Shown here piece by piece: positions 26,138 to 39,169 of a DNA stretch of 64,000 nucleotides. Within the stretch, counting starts at the first letter, position 1. Every line of letters begins with the position of its first letter. Below the pieces are notes generated by a model. It searched no databases and was not told the origin of the DNA. It saw nothing but the letters and a program-made list of their open reading frames with translations. The DNA is from Camelus dromedarius (lineage: Eukaryota): the NCBI RefSeq assembly GCF_036321535.1, contig NC_087472.1:99078001-99142000 (forward strand). Direction: 5' to 3'. A program made the translations under genes and the position numbers.

Positions 26138-26399
26138 CTGAAGAAAGAAACAGAGTATTTGTTGTCAAAAAAGCAGAGCAGACAATTACTAAAATGCAAG
26201 CCAAGTATGAAAAATGAAACACTTTTCTGAAATAATACAGCAATTGTAGAGAGTTTTTATTTCCTTTTTAAGAACAATATCCATACCCTTCTCTTAAGTA
26301 GTGGCATTGACCAAAGGGGCTAACATAATACAGGCATCATCAGGAAGATGCTGGAAACAAAGGAGAAAATGTTGGATTTCCAAGAATCAGAGCCTACCA

Positions 26400-26833
26400 T
26401 GAGGATTCTATTGCCAGTTGTGTATTTGGGAGGCATAGGGACCACTGAAACAGTAAAAGGACTATGGGAAAGGAAAGGCAACATTTTCAAAGAGAAAGTC
26501 TATTATTAAGTCAACTACCACAGTGGACAACCGAAGCTTAATCCTGAGAGAAAACTCTGGAAAATGCTGCAAAATAAGTGCCCCAGAATCATCCCATTCA
26601 GGGACCAAAGGAGCTGGGGCATTTATCCCCTGTCTTCTGATAGTCACTGGTTGAATGCTGCTGAGGTGGAGGAGAGGCAGTAATTATTTCATCAGTGTTT
26701 CTCTTCTGCCTTTCCAGTGTCAGAAAAAGCCCTCCGTCCTACAGATGCAGACTTTGGCAGCTAGAAGTGGGCTGGAGCATGCTAACCAATCAGGTCCAAA
26801 GGAGAGAGCAGCAGACTGACAGCATCTGCTATA
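26400..26833 (-). mobile_element. LTR16-family ERVL solo LTR
   Basis: Ends actgacagcatctgctata (reverse complement of the LTR16 start); ggagctggggcatttat motif. Confidence 0.7.
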
Positions 26834-26907
26834 GCTCCCATTTGTACTGAACCATGATATCCTCAGACAGAGAATGTTGTCCTGGTCCCTGTCATGGGAC
26901 CTCTAGT

Positions 26908-27653
26908 TAGGGTCACCAGATTCAGCAAATAAGAATGCAGGATGCCTAGTTTAATGTGAATTTCAGATAAACAACAAATCATTTGGTAGTGTATGTTTTG
27001 TATTCTTTTATGGGATGGTCAATCAGGTGTGGCTACAAGAGGAGCCAGGAGAGGCTCAGAAAAAAACAAAGTTTATTATACTCATAGATCTGAGAGACAG
27101 GAGGCATGGTACACTGTTCAAGGCCATATAGAAAGATACCAGAGTGGTCAGGAGGCAGGACTTCTGTCAGTAACAAGGAAAAGGTTTAGGTCACAGCCTT
27201 TATTGGGGTTTCCACGGGAAAGGCAAGGCAGGGCAGAGTGAACAGTTTAGGATTGGCTAAGCTGAACAATTTCACTGGGCTTTGGGCTATAGAGGTAGTA
27301 CCTAGTTGCCTGGCATCTGGCCCTGGGATGATTAAGGCAGAGGAATATGGTCTTGTGGAGTGTACAGGCCAGATAGAGGAGATATGGCTCTGTATTGGTT
27401 AGTTTGCACATTAAAAATATGCTTTGCCTCAGCCCTTTGTTATGTCTAAGAATTGGCTAGCTCAGGCAGGGGCAGCCTCTTCCCAGCCAAAAAGGTGTTT
27501 GTTTGTTTGTTTTTTATTGATGTCAAAACATCATAATATACACAAAATTTAAAATATTTACAATACAGTGTAAGTATGTCCATGACAACCAATGATTTAT
27601 TGTTTATCTAAAATTCAAATTGAACTCATCCTTTATTTTATCTGGCAACTCTA
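26908..27653. mobile_element. MER53 palindromic hAT MITE split by an LTR
   Basis: tagggtcaccagattcagcaaataag...tttcagataaacaac and ttgtttatctaaaattcaaat...tatctggcaactcta. Confidence 0.85.
26994..27567 (-). mobile_element. ERVL solo LTR (MER74/MER73/MER88-like)
   Basis: TG...CA ends with 5-bp TSD gtgta (26989-26993 and 27568-27572); minus strand gatgttttgacatc...gctagccaattcttaga. Confidence 0.8.
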
Positions 27654-27934
27654 CCTACAGAAAGGCATGATAGAGAGAAGCAACAACGTCAGCATGTCTA
27701 GGAGGGAGCAGGGGTACACTTGTATTCCCCCCTCTCCCCTCCTTCCCTGTATCTCCCACTTGGCATTTACTCAGGTGAGACACCTTTGCCTTCTGTGTGA
27801 AGAATGGAGATGGTAGGACCCTATTGAGTGTATTTGTGGAGGGATGAGGGACAAGAATTTGATCCTAGAAGCAAATAGGTGTAAATCTTTTTCACAAAGA
27901 GAGACATCTACATATACAGGCTATAGGTAACAGT

Positions 27935-28165
27935 TAATAATAAAAGATGTTCACATTTATTGAAACTTGTTTTTATGTGAGGCACCATTTTACGTGATTT
28001 ACACATATTGTTCAGTTAATCCTCACAACAACATTATAAGCTAGGTACTCTTATTCTCCCTGATTTCCAGATAAGGAACGTAAGGCAGAAAAATTAAGTA
28101 GCCTGCCTAAAGCTGTATAGCTAGAAACTGTCTCCAGGAACCATGCTCATAACCACCATGCTAAA
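27935..28165 (-). mobile_element. MIR SINE
   Basis: ttaatcctcacaacaac...aggtactcttattctccc...cagataaggaac. Confidence 0.85.
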
Positions 28166-28350
28166 GAGGGACAGAGGGGATAGTTGATGGGAAACAGGAT
28201 AAGAGGTTCACAAAGGAAATGAATGTAAGAAATATTGTAAGAGAGATGGCAAAGGATCTCTGAACAGTGGATTCAACCTGAGGATTCCAGATCCTTTGAG
28301 CAAACTAAAGAAGAAGGAAAAAAACAAGATTAGAGAAAGAATAATCACAT

Positions 28351-28447
28351 TCAGAATGTGAATCTCTGATTTAAAAAGATGTATTGCTTTAAGTAAGCCC
28401 ATGTCTTGAATCTCTTCATTCCATGACAGATGGAATGTTCAGGAGCA
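28351..28447 (+). repeat. Copy B of ~100-bp dispersed direct duplication
   Basis: Near-identical to 24787-24886. Confidence 0.95.
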
Positions 28448-28780
28448 TAATTATCTAACTCCTTTTCCTGCCACCATAGGAACAGACAAGTTAGGAAGAA
28501 AAGCCACCAGGCCAATAGGATTTAAATATATACTATAGATGAACTAATGTAGATCCAATTGCCATTATTGCTACTGCAAAAATGATAAATTATGTTTAAA
28601 CATAACATGATAAATATGAGGGATTGTTAGCAATGTTTTTTATTCAACTCACCTTTTTGATGGTAATGAATTTGCAAATGCAAACACAGTATCTACAAAA
28701 AACAAAAGCAAGATAAGGTGAAGCAGGAGAAGATACAGTTTTATAAGAGAACCCTTGAGGATAATAAAGTTGTATCTTAC

Positions 28781-28851
28781 CTGTGAACAGAAAACCATTC
28801 TGGCTGGAAGCTAATGAAGGTTCCACACCTTCCAGATAGCCAAACTATGTC
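28781..28851 (-). other. Candidate minus-strand exon containing an ATG
   Basis: Strong donor CAG|gtaaga; agaATGg at 28798 gives MVFCSQ in frame with 26137-26041; acceptor weak, so possibly a first exon. Confidence 0.25.
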
Positions 28852-29224
28852 CTTGAAATATGGTGTTCTCTTTTCAACTAGGGATATGGTATGGTGAGAT
28901 GGTGTAGGGTATTATGTGGTATTCAGCCCTATCCTCTGGTTGGGAAATGGGGGCAAATAATAGCAGCAGAAAAAGTTGACCTGGAAAACCGTTACTGAAG
29001 TCTTCTCTGGAACCAAAGGTGTCAGAAAAGTCTGGAAGAGACAGGGGTAAGATTGTAAATAGCAACATTTTCCAGTGGTCAACAGAGAGAAGAGAGCTCA
29101 CAAAAGGCACAGCATGGAAAGCACAGCTGGAAATCTAGCCCTACTTTTGGCTATCCATCAGAATAATGAAAAGGGAAATACCAAAATGAATTCATTATTT
29201 TTGGAAAAAATATTTTTTCTGGAT

Positions 29225-29625
29225 TTGGCCAGTGAAGGAGTCTGGAGACAGTGACACTGAGTGGCAGTGAACATACCTGATGCTCACTCAGATTTGGTAT
29301 CTAAATACCATTTTTCTCTGAGAGGAAAGAGGGCTCTTTAGAGAAATGGCTGGTAATAGGTCTGGGGCAGGGAGAGTATGGGAGTGAGCCTGAAATATTT
29401 TACTGTACCAGAAAGCAAGAAAGTACTCAAAAGAAGAGTGTTAGAATGACATAAGAACTAACTTGAAGGAGCTCTGACTGGGTCAATGTGAGACAATTTG
29501 AGCATCAAAAAGAATAATGGCCATAAATTATTATAATGCTGAATAAAATAAAAACCCATGGGTCCAAATCATGCTCAAGGAAAAGAAAAGGGGAGGAAAG
29601 AAATGCTCTTTTCTGCAGAAGAATG
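29225..29625 (+). mobile_element. L1MC4-type 3' UTR fragment
   Basis: gggctctttagagaaatggctg...taccagaaagcaagaaagtactcaaa...gacaatttgagcatcaaaa. Confidence 0.8.
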
Positions 29626-30489
29626 TAAGAGCTTTGGCATAATAGTCACTTAATGGGTTATCAATTTTAAAATAATTTATCCTGTAACAAAATACACTGA
29701 GTTCTAAAACCAAAATACCATGTTTAGATTTTTTTCTTCAGAATGACCTCGGGGACATTATTAGAAATATAAATTTTCACTGTTTCATAGATATGTTGGA
29801 AAAACAATTATAGAACAGATGATAATATACTATACACACCAGTTTTTAAAAAATAATTATAATAAAACAGTTTATATATATATATGTATATATATATGGC
29901 TTAGAAAGGCATTTTTGAGTACATTTGCTTTTCTTAGAATAGTTGCAACTATAACAATTTTTTTTCAAATCTGAAAGAGCTGTTTTAAACACATTTCTTA
30001 CAGGGTTACCAATAAAAGTATAAATTCAATTAGAGATGCTATTTCTGTAAGCTCTGTTAGAATTTACAGAATGCTGATAGAGAAATGTCAGAATGTAGGA
30101 TATAGGATAAATCTGATCCAGACTAGACAAGGGATCATTCTATGAATGCTTGGTCTACATGGAAGCTTCAAAAAGCCTACTCCAGCTTCAGGTAACAAGT
30201 CATTTTAAAGTAAATCAATTTTCAAACAAAAATAATAAAGTTGAAAAGTAAAGGCTATATTCTAATCCTTTCCTTTAAAACTGAATATGATCGGTATGCA
30301 GGGCAAAAATACCAATAAAAATAAACATCAAATAACTATAATCTAATAATTACATAACTATACAAGTGTTCTAGAAACAGTATGAGATTTTTTTTTTAAT
30401 TTAAGAAAAGAATAAAGTTACATCAGAGATTTTCATCAAAAGCAGGCTCTGCTTCCAGAAAACATGGTGACATGAGCCTTAGTGTCTAA

Positions 30490-31900
30490 TTCTTCTTTTT
30501 GTTTCCTATATGTTCCATCTCTTTTATGTTTTTTCTCTCCTTGCTTTCTTTTATATTGAATATCTTTATTTTCTTTCTTTTATTGCTCTTGAGCAGTGTA
30601 TTAGTCTCATACTCTTTTAATATTTACCCTAGAAATTGTAACATACATCCTTGACTTACTGAAGTCTAATGAAAAGTGATACCACTTCCCAGAAAATAAA
30701 AAGACCATGGAATTCTTTTACTCCACTTACCCCTTTCCCATCTTTTGTGGTGTTATATATTTTAATTCTAATTATATTTTAAGTCACATCAAACATTATG
30801 CTTTCATGGACTTTGGTTTTTAGTAGTTTTACTATTATATGCCTCACTACGATTTCTTTACTTTTTCTGCTTTGGACTTAACAGAGTTTCTTGAATCTAC
30901 AGCCTGATGCCTTTTATCCATTTTCGAAAGTTATCTTTTCAAATATTGTTTCCGCTCTATATTCTCTCTCCTTTCCTTCTGGGACTTCAATTATGCTTAT
31001 TGATTGAAAATGAAATCAATGAAAAGTCAGACTATTTCACTGTGTCCCATATGTCTGTTATGCTTTTGTCTTTATTTTTCATTCTTCTCTTCTCCATGCT
31101 TCAGTCTAGATATTTTCTTCTCTATCTTCTATTTTATTATTCTCTTTATGGCTGTGTCTAATGTGCTATTAAATCCATATCTTAATTTCAGATATTTCAT
31201 TTTAAATTTCTTGAACTTCCATTTGATGATATTTTATATTTTCCAGTTCCCTGTTACAATTTATGTTGTCATTTAACTTCTTGAAAATATTAATCACAGC
31301 CATTTTAATGTCCATGACTGGTAACTACTTTTTCAAATTTTCCTGCGTGATTATTTTTCCTATTATTCTTTGGTCAATTTATGTTGTATGCATGGCCAGT
31401 TATTTTTCATTGAATGCTGGACATTGTGTATGAAAATTTTAGAGATAATTTGAGGCTCTAGATGATGCTATATTTCTCCAGAGAAGATTTAGTCTTGTGT
31501 CCAGTATTCAGTTTAAAAATACCACTTTAATCCAATCAAAGATTCAGCTGATTCAAAGTTGATTTTCTGATTTTGTGGAAGCTGATCTATTTCTGATTTA
31601 CTTTAACTCTTAGGGAGCCCTTTGGGGTCAGAACTTAAGACCAAGAGTGTTTACCTGGGTAATACCTCCATTGTATGTCCTAAACTCTATTTTTTGTCCC
31701 AGACTACCACAACCTCTATTTCCCCTCTCTTGGCTTCTTTTCTCTCTGGTACATTAGCTCTGCATGTCCTTTCTGTCTTGGTAACACTGATGCCTTCAAA
31801 AAATGATCCTCATGTTTAATCCAGTTTTGCTAACTCTTCTCTTCAGGTTGGTTGTTCAAAAACAAGCTAGTAAATTATTTCTAGGAACAGAACTCCTCCC
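30490..31900 (-). mobile_element. Old L1ME/HAL1-type fragments
   Basis: T-rich antisense L1 text; gataatttgaggctctagatga also seen in the copy near 45530. Confidence 0.65.
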
Positions 31901-33604
31901 AGTTGGCTTTTTCACCTCCCATCTTGAGAATGAGTAGACAATAAAAATTTACTCAATTCTGAGAATTTGAATATGGAAATAAAAACATCAAGTTGCTATC
32001 TAAAATATGTACAACTTTAATTTGTCAATAAAAATAAAATAAAGCTTCAATAAGGCTGAAAAGGTGTGCTAGAACAGTTTAATATCTATATGGAAAAATA
32101 ATAAAATTGGATCTCCTGTCTACAATCAGTTCCAGATAGCTTAAGTATTTAAAACTGAAAGGCCAAACTTTTACAGGAAAAAATAAAAGAATATTTTAAA
32201 AAAATAAAAAAAGAATTTGAGAAAAATAAAATAATAATAATAATTTTAATATGGAAGAGAGAGACAAAAACCAACAAACAGAAAAAAAATAGAACCCCAA
32301 AAAAGCAGACACTATGCAAACAGAAAAGTTCAATTAGCTGTCATATTCTAGGGAAATAAAAGAAGATTGTGTACCCATGAAATAAGAAAGAATGATATAA
32401 AAATTATTTATAAAAGAGTCAAAGTATAAAAGATCAACCTGCAGAATGAGAAGATTATAAAAGGAAGTAAACCCACTTGCAATAATCTTTCAAGTCAAAC
32501 GTTTTGGAAAGCCTAAAAAAAGCGGAGTCAAATGCATTTACATGGTCCAGAAGCTATCTGACTCAAAGGAAATATTCACTGAGTATTGGTTTTTACAGCG
32601 TTAGAGGAGAATCAGGATAAAAGCTAAGTAATGTATTTTAGTGGCTAACAATTAGTAATTAAAATATCAAAATAGTTTCAGATATAAACTTATGATAAAT
32701 GAAAGCTTTAATTATTAAATATTAACTCCTTGCTATTTAGATTTTAGAACTATATTTTTATAAAAGACACAAACATATAAAATATATACCCTAATATGAC
32801 AATCTAGTTATGAAGGTAATTGAAAATCTGACCCTTTGAATATTGCTATCCTAGTGAGACATTACTTCTTATAACAACTTACCCAAATTTCGGTCATTCT
32901 GGTGTCTAAGAAAATATAACGGCAGCATATGTAGTAACCTTTAGAGTCCAAACCTACAAAATAAAGACAAATTCCAGAAACTGTACTAATGATTTGTATT
33001 CAACCAGATAGTTTTCAACCTAATATTCTTTTGATCACAGGCAAACAAAATATAAGCTTCTATTCTCAAAGTCTCATAAGAGACTTTAAGATCAGTGTTT
33101 TCCTTTACCATTTCAGCTTTGACTATTAATCATAGAGCCTGTAGTGTTCAGAAACAATGCAGGGAAACTACTATTTGAAACATATCCTTAACATATAACA
33201 TTATGAAATCATATGATATAACATGATAATTAGTAAATGTATATTCTGAGCTCAGGAATTAAATTAGTTCAAATTTATGTGCTATGTCATATCATAATAT
33301 GTTCCTTTTCTCACAAATGGAAAAAGGAAGAGAAATTTTGTTATCATCTTCATCTGCTACCATCTTCGACAGCCTGTAATAAACTTCAAGACCCTCCTCC
33401 TCCTTTACTACGAAAGAATGACTCATCTAGAGCTACATAATGCTTGCTTCCTAGGACTCCCTCATTTTCTCCTTAATCTCGAGTGCTTATTGCTTAAAGC
33501 AAAAACCACTTTTAAGAAAATATTCAAGACATAGGAAAAAGAAGGGGGAAAATTGCAAACCTCCAGGATGCACATACTGGATTCTCTGTCCCTCCATTCA
33601 CTAA

Positions 33605-33710
33605 CACTCAGGGTCATACAAGGGTTGATCCTGCATTTGCATGACCCTGAGAGTGAGCACCTCCTTGGTTTGTGCCCTAGGCACCTTATTTGCCTCACCC
33701 TACTCCCTGT
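33605..33710. mobile_element. MER96-like palindromic hAT MITE (partial)
   Basis: ctcagggtcat...atgaccctgagagtgagcacctcctt...tgtgccctaggcacc...tgcctcaccctactccc. Confidence 0.75.
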
Positions 33711-33939
33711 GTAGGACAGAGCTGAGAGAAACAGCATCGAAGAGATAGGCAAAAGAGAGAGCCCCACAGGGGACACTGAGAAGAAGTCAGAGAGGAAGAA
33801 GGGAAACCGCACCAGTGGTGTTACAGAGAATGAGAAAAGAAAGCACATCCAGACGAAGGCAGTGGTCAGCATCATCCAGCTCTGAACAGGAGTCATATAA
33901 GATAATGTTAAAAAAAAGTCTGTTTCTACAAACTGCCAA

Positions 33940-34630
33940 TTCAGAGAAAATGTACATTACTCTTAACTGTACAAAAAGATGCTTAATCTTACTTAAAAAT
34001 TAAAAACTGCAGATTAAAACTTTAAGACACAGTAGATGCACTGTGTTGGAGAGGGCAACACGAAATGTGGGAGTGTAAATTTGTACAACTGCTATGGAGC
34101 TCAATGTGGCAGCATCTATCAAAAATTGCTTGGACCCAGCAATTCTACCTCGATGTATTGTGCATCATATTCTTGTGGTTGAACAAACGTATTGGCAGTG
34201 TTGATTGTAAATATTGAAACAACGTAAGTGTTAGAGAGGATGAGTTCAATCAATTTTGATACATCCATGTGATCAAATTAATAGAATACTATGCAGTTGT
34301 TCAAAGGAATAAGTGAGCTCTATGTGTACTAATATGGAAAGATCTCTAAGATCTGTCATTACATGAAAACACCAAGGAACAGAGCAATGTTTTTAGAATG
34401 CTCCAACTTATAATTTTTTTAAAAAAATGACGACTGTTACTAATTTTTGCATAAAATATCTCTACGAGGAAACACACGAAAAATCTGGTGATAGCTGTTG
34501 CTGCTTGAGAAGGGAACTAAACTGGAAAGCATAGGTTAGAGAGAGAGACTTCATTTTCATGCTACCTTTTTGAACTTTAAAAAATATCATTTAATATGTG
34601 TATATTACTCAAAATCACAAAAACAAATAA
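33940..34630 (+). mobile_element. L1ME-type 3' fragment
   Basis: gacccagcaattctacctc, atagaatactatgcag, tactaatatggaaagatctc. Confidence 0.7.
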
Positions 34631-35019
34631 AATGAAAGCTTTTCATTGTATTCAGTAAAAAGGAGATTGCCTATAACCTTAGTAGTGGCTGCTTCACAGA
34701 CATGGTAGGCATAGGAACCATATTGAGGTAGATTAAGGAGTAACACTGAAGTAAATGCAAACATGCTAGTGAGAGTAACTTTTAAAGCTCTTTTTGGTCC
34801 TGGACTGGAGAAGAGTAATAGGAAAGTAGCCAGAGGTGAACTTCAGGTCATGATATTGAGAGGCTAAACATCCACATGGATATTGAGGTCACTCAACAGA
34901 GCAGAATACAGTAGGTAACTTATGTAAATAGTCTCTAGCCTCAAGCTTCTCCATCTAAATAAAGGTTAACGGCATACCTAGTGCTTTGCAGGATCCAAGA
35001 ATCATTGTCAGTAGTTTCT

Positions 35020-35190
35020 TTACTGGAATCAGATAGCCTGACTTCTGACTCTGCAAAGCTTAGGAAGTCATTTCATTTCCCTGTACCTCACTTTCCTCAT
35101 CCGCCCGTTTTATACAGATGCTGTGAGGATTAAATGGGTTAATAGAGGTAAACCACTTAAAACCATGTCTGGCACATAGTGAATATTGTG
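35020..35190 (+). mobile_element. MIR SINE
   Basis: ctgtacctcactttcctcatc...tgtgaggattaaatggg...tctggcacatagt. Confidence 0.8.
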
Positions 35191-35579
35191 TGTATTAGTT
35201 TACTAATACTGCTGCCATACAAAATAACCAAACCCTGGGTGGCTTAAATAACAGAAATTTATTTTGTCACAGTCATGAAAGCTAGAAATCTGAGATCAAG
35301 GTGTCAGCAGGGTTGGCTTCTTCTGAGATTTTGCTCCTTGGCTTGTAGGTGCCCATCTTCTCCCTGTGTCTTCATATAATTTTTTTCTCTATGTGTGTCT
35401 GTGTCTTAATCTCCTCTTCTTATAAGGATATCAGTCATATTAGATTAGGGTCCACCATAATGACCTCATTTAACCTTAATTACCTCTTTAAAGACTATTT
35501 TCAAATATAGTCACATTCTGAGGTACTGGAGTTAGGACTTTAACTGTAATTGTGGGTGAACACAATTCAGCCCGTAACA
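35191..35579 (-). mobile_element. MaLR solo LTR (MLT1A/B-like)
   Basis: tgtattagttt...ggtggcttaaataacagaaatttatt...cacaattcagcccgtaaca; imperfect TSD ttgtg/ctgtg. Confidence 0.9.
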
Positions 35580-36399
35580 CTGTGTGTCTGTGGCTGACGT
35601 ACTATTCGGGGTAATGGCAGATATTTGGGTACCTAGGAAATCAATGATAATTGTATTAATATCTTAAATAGATGAAAGGGAGGACTAGGGGTTTTGTAGA
35701 TGATAGCAGTGAGGAAGGGTAAAGAGTAGTTTAGACTTTAGAAATTGAAATGAATAATTATTGCATTCACTTGATTCAGCCTCTATAAAATTATTCATGG
35801 GTTTAAAGTTCTTAATGGAAAACGTTAAGGAAAAAAGCTGTGGACACAGGTAATTTGTGCAGACAATGCACTAGGTTAGCCACTAGCTTTCATTTAGATA
35901 CAGAAGAATAAAGGTTGGAGAAGAGTTACATACCAGCTAGTGTAAAATTTGAGTTAAATCTAAATGCAGTATATTCTATTTATGAAGCTTAAATTCTGTT
36001 TAATTCTAGTTACTAAAAATGGAAGAGAAGTTTCCTACGACATTGAGAGATTTTTAAAAAATAAGTTCTAAGAACTGTTGACTTGTAACCTTGAGATAAT
36101 CAGCTTTTATTATCAGAGACTACATTTGTTAAGATGTTTGCATAGAAAGCACGATTTGTTCACTTAAAGTTGTGAACTCTGGAGGATGAATTGCTGTGAA
36201 CTATGGAGGCTGCATTCAACACTGAATAACCACACAGGAGGCTGAATTTACTCATCATCCTTGGGATAATTAACTTGCTTACTATGGCTGCCCTGATCTA
36301 GCTTTAGTTACTTAGCTGGTATAAAAGTCTATGCAGACTCTCTTAGAATTAGAAAGATGTCTAAAGACTTCTTATGTAAAAGTTATTTTCTATGTATAA

Positions 36400-37450
36400 T
36401 AAGTGAGTGTACAGAATAACTGAAAACAAGGCTGAATTTCATTGCCTTGAATAATGAACCAAGAGCATGAACATCAATAGGGTGCTTTTCTCCAAGAAAG
36501 TGGAAGAGCAGTGTACTGAAAGCAGCAGGGGGAACTGAAGAGGTGTGGAGAAGAGTAACTCCCACTTCGGAGAGTTTTAGGTGAAGCTGAGTTTTGGAGG
36601 AGAGCCCTTGGCCCTCAGCTGCGACAAGGAGATAGAGGGAGTCTCCAAGAAGAGGATGTGAATATGGAAAGATTGTAACCATAGAAAAGGGAGTTCTTGA
36701 AGGCTAAGGGGAAAGTTTTTGGAGGGTGGGGATCAGTGGGAGTTTGGAATGGAAGTGAGAAAGCACACAAAATTCTGCGAATGTGATGTGGCAGAGGATG
36801 GTCAAAAGACTTAAGGCTTCATATATTGAGGAGGTAACCAAGGATAACAGGGATAAAGAGGTATGTGGGTGCAGCTCTCCATAATTCTGCCAAGTTAATC
36901 GTTCCACTAGTGGATGGGCACCCAGGCCTCTCAAGCATCAACCAAGATCCAAATGGATTGCATTTTCAAGATAACTCAAGTCAACCAGGGAGATTCCAGC
37001 TTCTGGAGAGGGCTAAGCTGATTATGAAGCTCTACAGGAGAGGATCTAGGCTCCAGGCTATTGGAAATCAGCTCCTTGGGAGTGGTTAGAGGCCAGGTGG
37101 ATGAATCAGAGAACCTAGGAGCTGTGGGATGCTTATGCTCTAACTCAAGTCCAGTATCTTCTCATTAACCTTGAATACTCATGGTATGTCTTATACAGAT
37201 GCAGGTCCTTATTTACCAGTGTAAGGAGAAGGATGTGGTTAGATGAAATATGAAAAGCATGAGAAAAAATACTCTTTGGAAAGAATGAATTGTTGATTCA
37301 TGTGTATGTTGAATTTGGGAGTAGGTGTGGACCATTCAGGTGTAACTGAGCAGCAGGCAGTTGTAGGTGTAGCCTAGAGAGAAAGAAGGAAGGTAGGGAA
37401 ATTGAAAAGCTTGTCAAGAAAAAGAACTTCCACATGTCCTGATTCATGAT
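36400..37450 (-). mobile_element. Probable L2 remnants
   Basis: Purine-rich degenerate text typical of antisense L2. Confidence 0.4.
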
Positions 37451-37599
37451 GTGCCTGGAATGTTGGGGGCAGGCTGTATGTTGGCTCTCATATTCTTTCT
37501 CCTGCTTCCTGCCTCACCCATTTCTATTTATTTTTTATCCTTTCTTCAGTTTCTGCCTTCTTTTCCCCTGGACCCTTCTCCCTTATCCATCAGATATGC

Positions 37600-39160
37600 T
37601 TAAGCTTTCATTTCCTAAATAAATCTTCCCGAGTTGTGGTTCTTCTGCAAGCAACTGCCCCACCCACCCACCCACCCATTCTTTTTTCAAAATAAAGAGG
37701 TATATTTGATGCCTACACTTTATCTATCCTTCCACTTTTCAGCTCCCTGCAATCTGGCTTTTGTAACTCTGTAGAAAATAGTCCTTAATTCTCTCTAACG
37801 ACATCCTAATCTCCAAATATAATGACCAATTCAAAGTATTCATCCTATTGACCTCTTGGCAGCATTCAGTATTATTGAGCACAGTCCTTATTGATGCTCC
37901 TTCCTAGCCCTTGGCTTCACTTCTTTCCACATTCGTCATTCTTCTCCCATCTCTTCCCTTTAAGCTTCACTAGATCCTCTTCCCTGGTTTTACCTTAAAG
38001 TTAGCTGTTCTGTATGTTGTCTGTTGGATGCTCCCTCAACCGTAAGATCTGGGGATGGGGGCTACCTGAAAGCGTTGGGGAACTCAGGGACACATTCAGC
38101 CATGGCCACCATAAATGCCACCACCACCTACTGCCACAACCATCAGCAGAAAGAGAAGCAGGAAGGTTTTTATGTGGGTTTTTACCTGGTGTGCAAATGA
38201 CTAATAACACATCACTAAAATAGGAGAGTCACAGTACTTAGTAGTCTGCAAAAGTCAACCCCAAGCTCCCCAAATTTGTTAAATATGGCCTTTATTGTGA
38301 TCTCTACTACATTCTTTCAAGCCAAAGGTGGCTCCTGATAGGGTGTTGAGCATTGGCACCACTTATTTATCATCAAACCTACCCTCCGTTCTACCTCTTA
38401 TGTGTAATCAGTGATAGGTAATGGGCAAAATTATAGAAGTCTGTGGGATTAAGACACAAGAGGATGTAGGGTTTTGTGAAATGAACAGGTTGTATTTTTC
38501 GTGTTTAGAAGCTTTACACATTTTCTCTGAACTCTCAAACTTGGTGCAAGCTATCAGGTCCAAGAACCCAGGTGTTGCACTTTTTCCTCCTACTTTGTTT
38601 ATTTTCTCAGGCCACCTAATCTTTATCTCTAGCTCTGATTCCAGTCCTAGTCACTCTCCTTTGTTTTGTATCTATACCTCCAAGTGCTGCTTGGAAAATT
38701 CTACATGGATGTCCTGCAGGCAGCTTGACCTCATCTGTAACTGAACCTATTTCCTGCCCCCTTAACCCTTCACTCCCTTTCCCCAATAAAATCACAGTTA
38801 TGGTCTTTACTTTGGCAAATGGCAGCCGTCTTCAACTCCTCCTTATCTCTCTCCAACTCCACCAGACATTTCCATTGATACTGACTCTTTGATGTTTCTC
38901 CCATCTGTTAACTTCCTCACACCCACTTCCATTGCCCTAGTTTCATGCCTCATCACTTAACTGCCTGGACTTGCAGTAGCCTCCAGATACTCCCCTCTCC
39001 AATCTGTCTTTTACACTTTTGTCAGAAATGTGTTCCTTAAAAAATAAATATATTCAGTCCCTGGTTACAGATTTCTATTGAAGGCCTGTTGCATGCAGAA
39101 TAAAGTCTTAATTCATTAACCTGACTTGCAAGATTGATCATTATCTTGTCCCAAAATAAT
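37600..39160 (+). mobile_element. L2 LINE, interrupted at ~38030-38570
   Basis: ctccctgcaatctggctttt...ttgacctcttggcagcattc; ttctacatggatgtcctgcaggcagctt; gaataaagtcttaa. Confidence 0.75.
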
Positions 39161-39169
39161 TTTCCCTTA

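Noticed and set aside
33462..33896. 144-aa hydrophobic ORF and the hairpin at 33605-33656
   Set aside because: Spans a MER96-like MITE and L2-like sequence; the hairpin is intrinsic to the MITE
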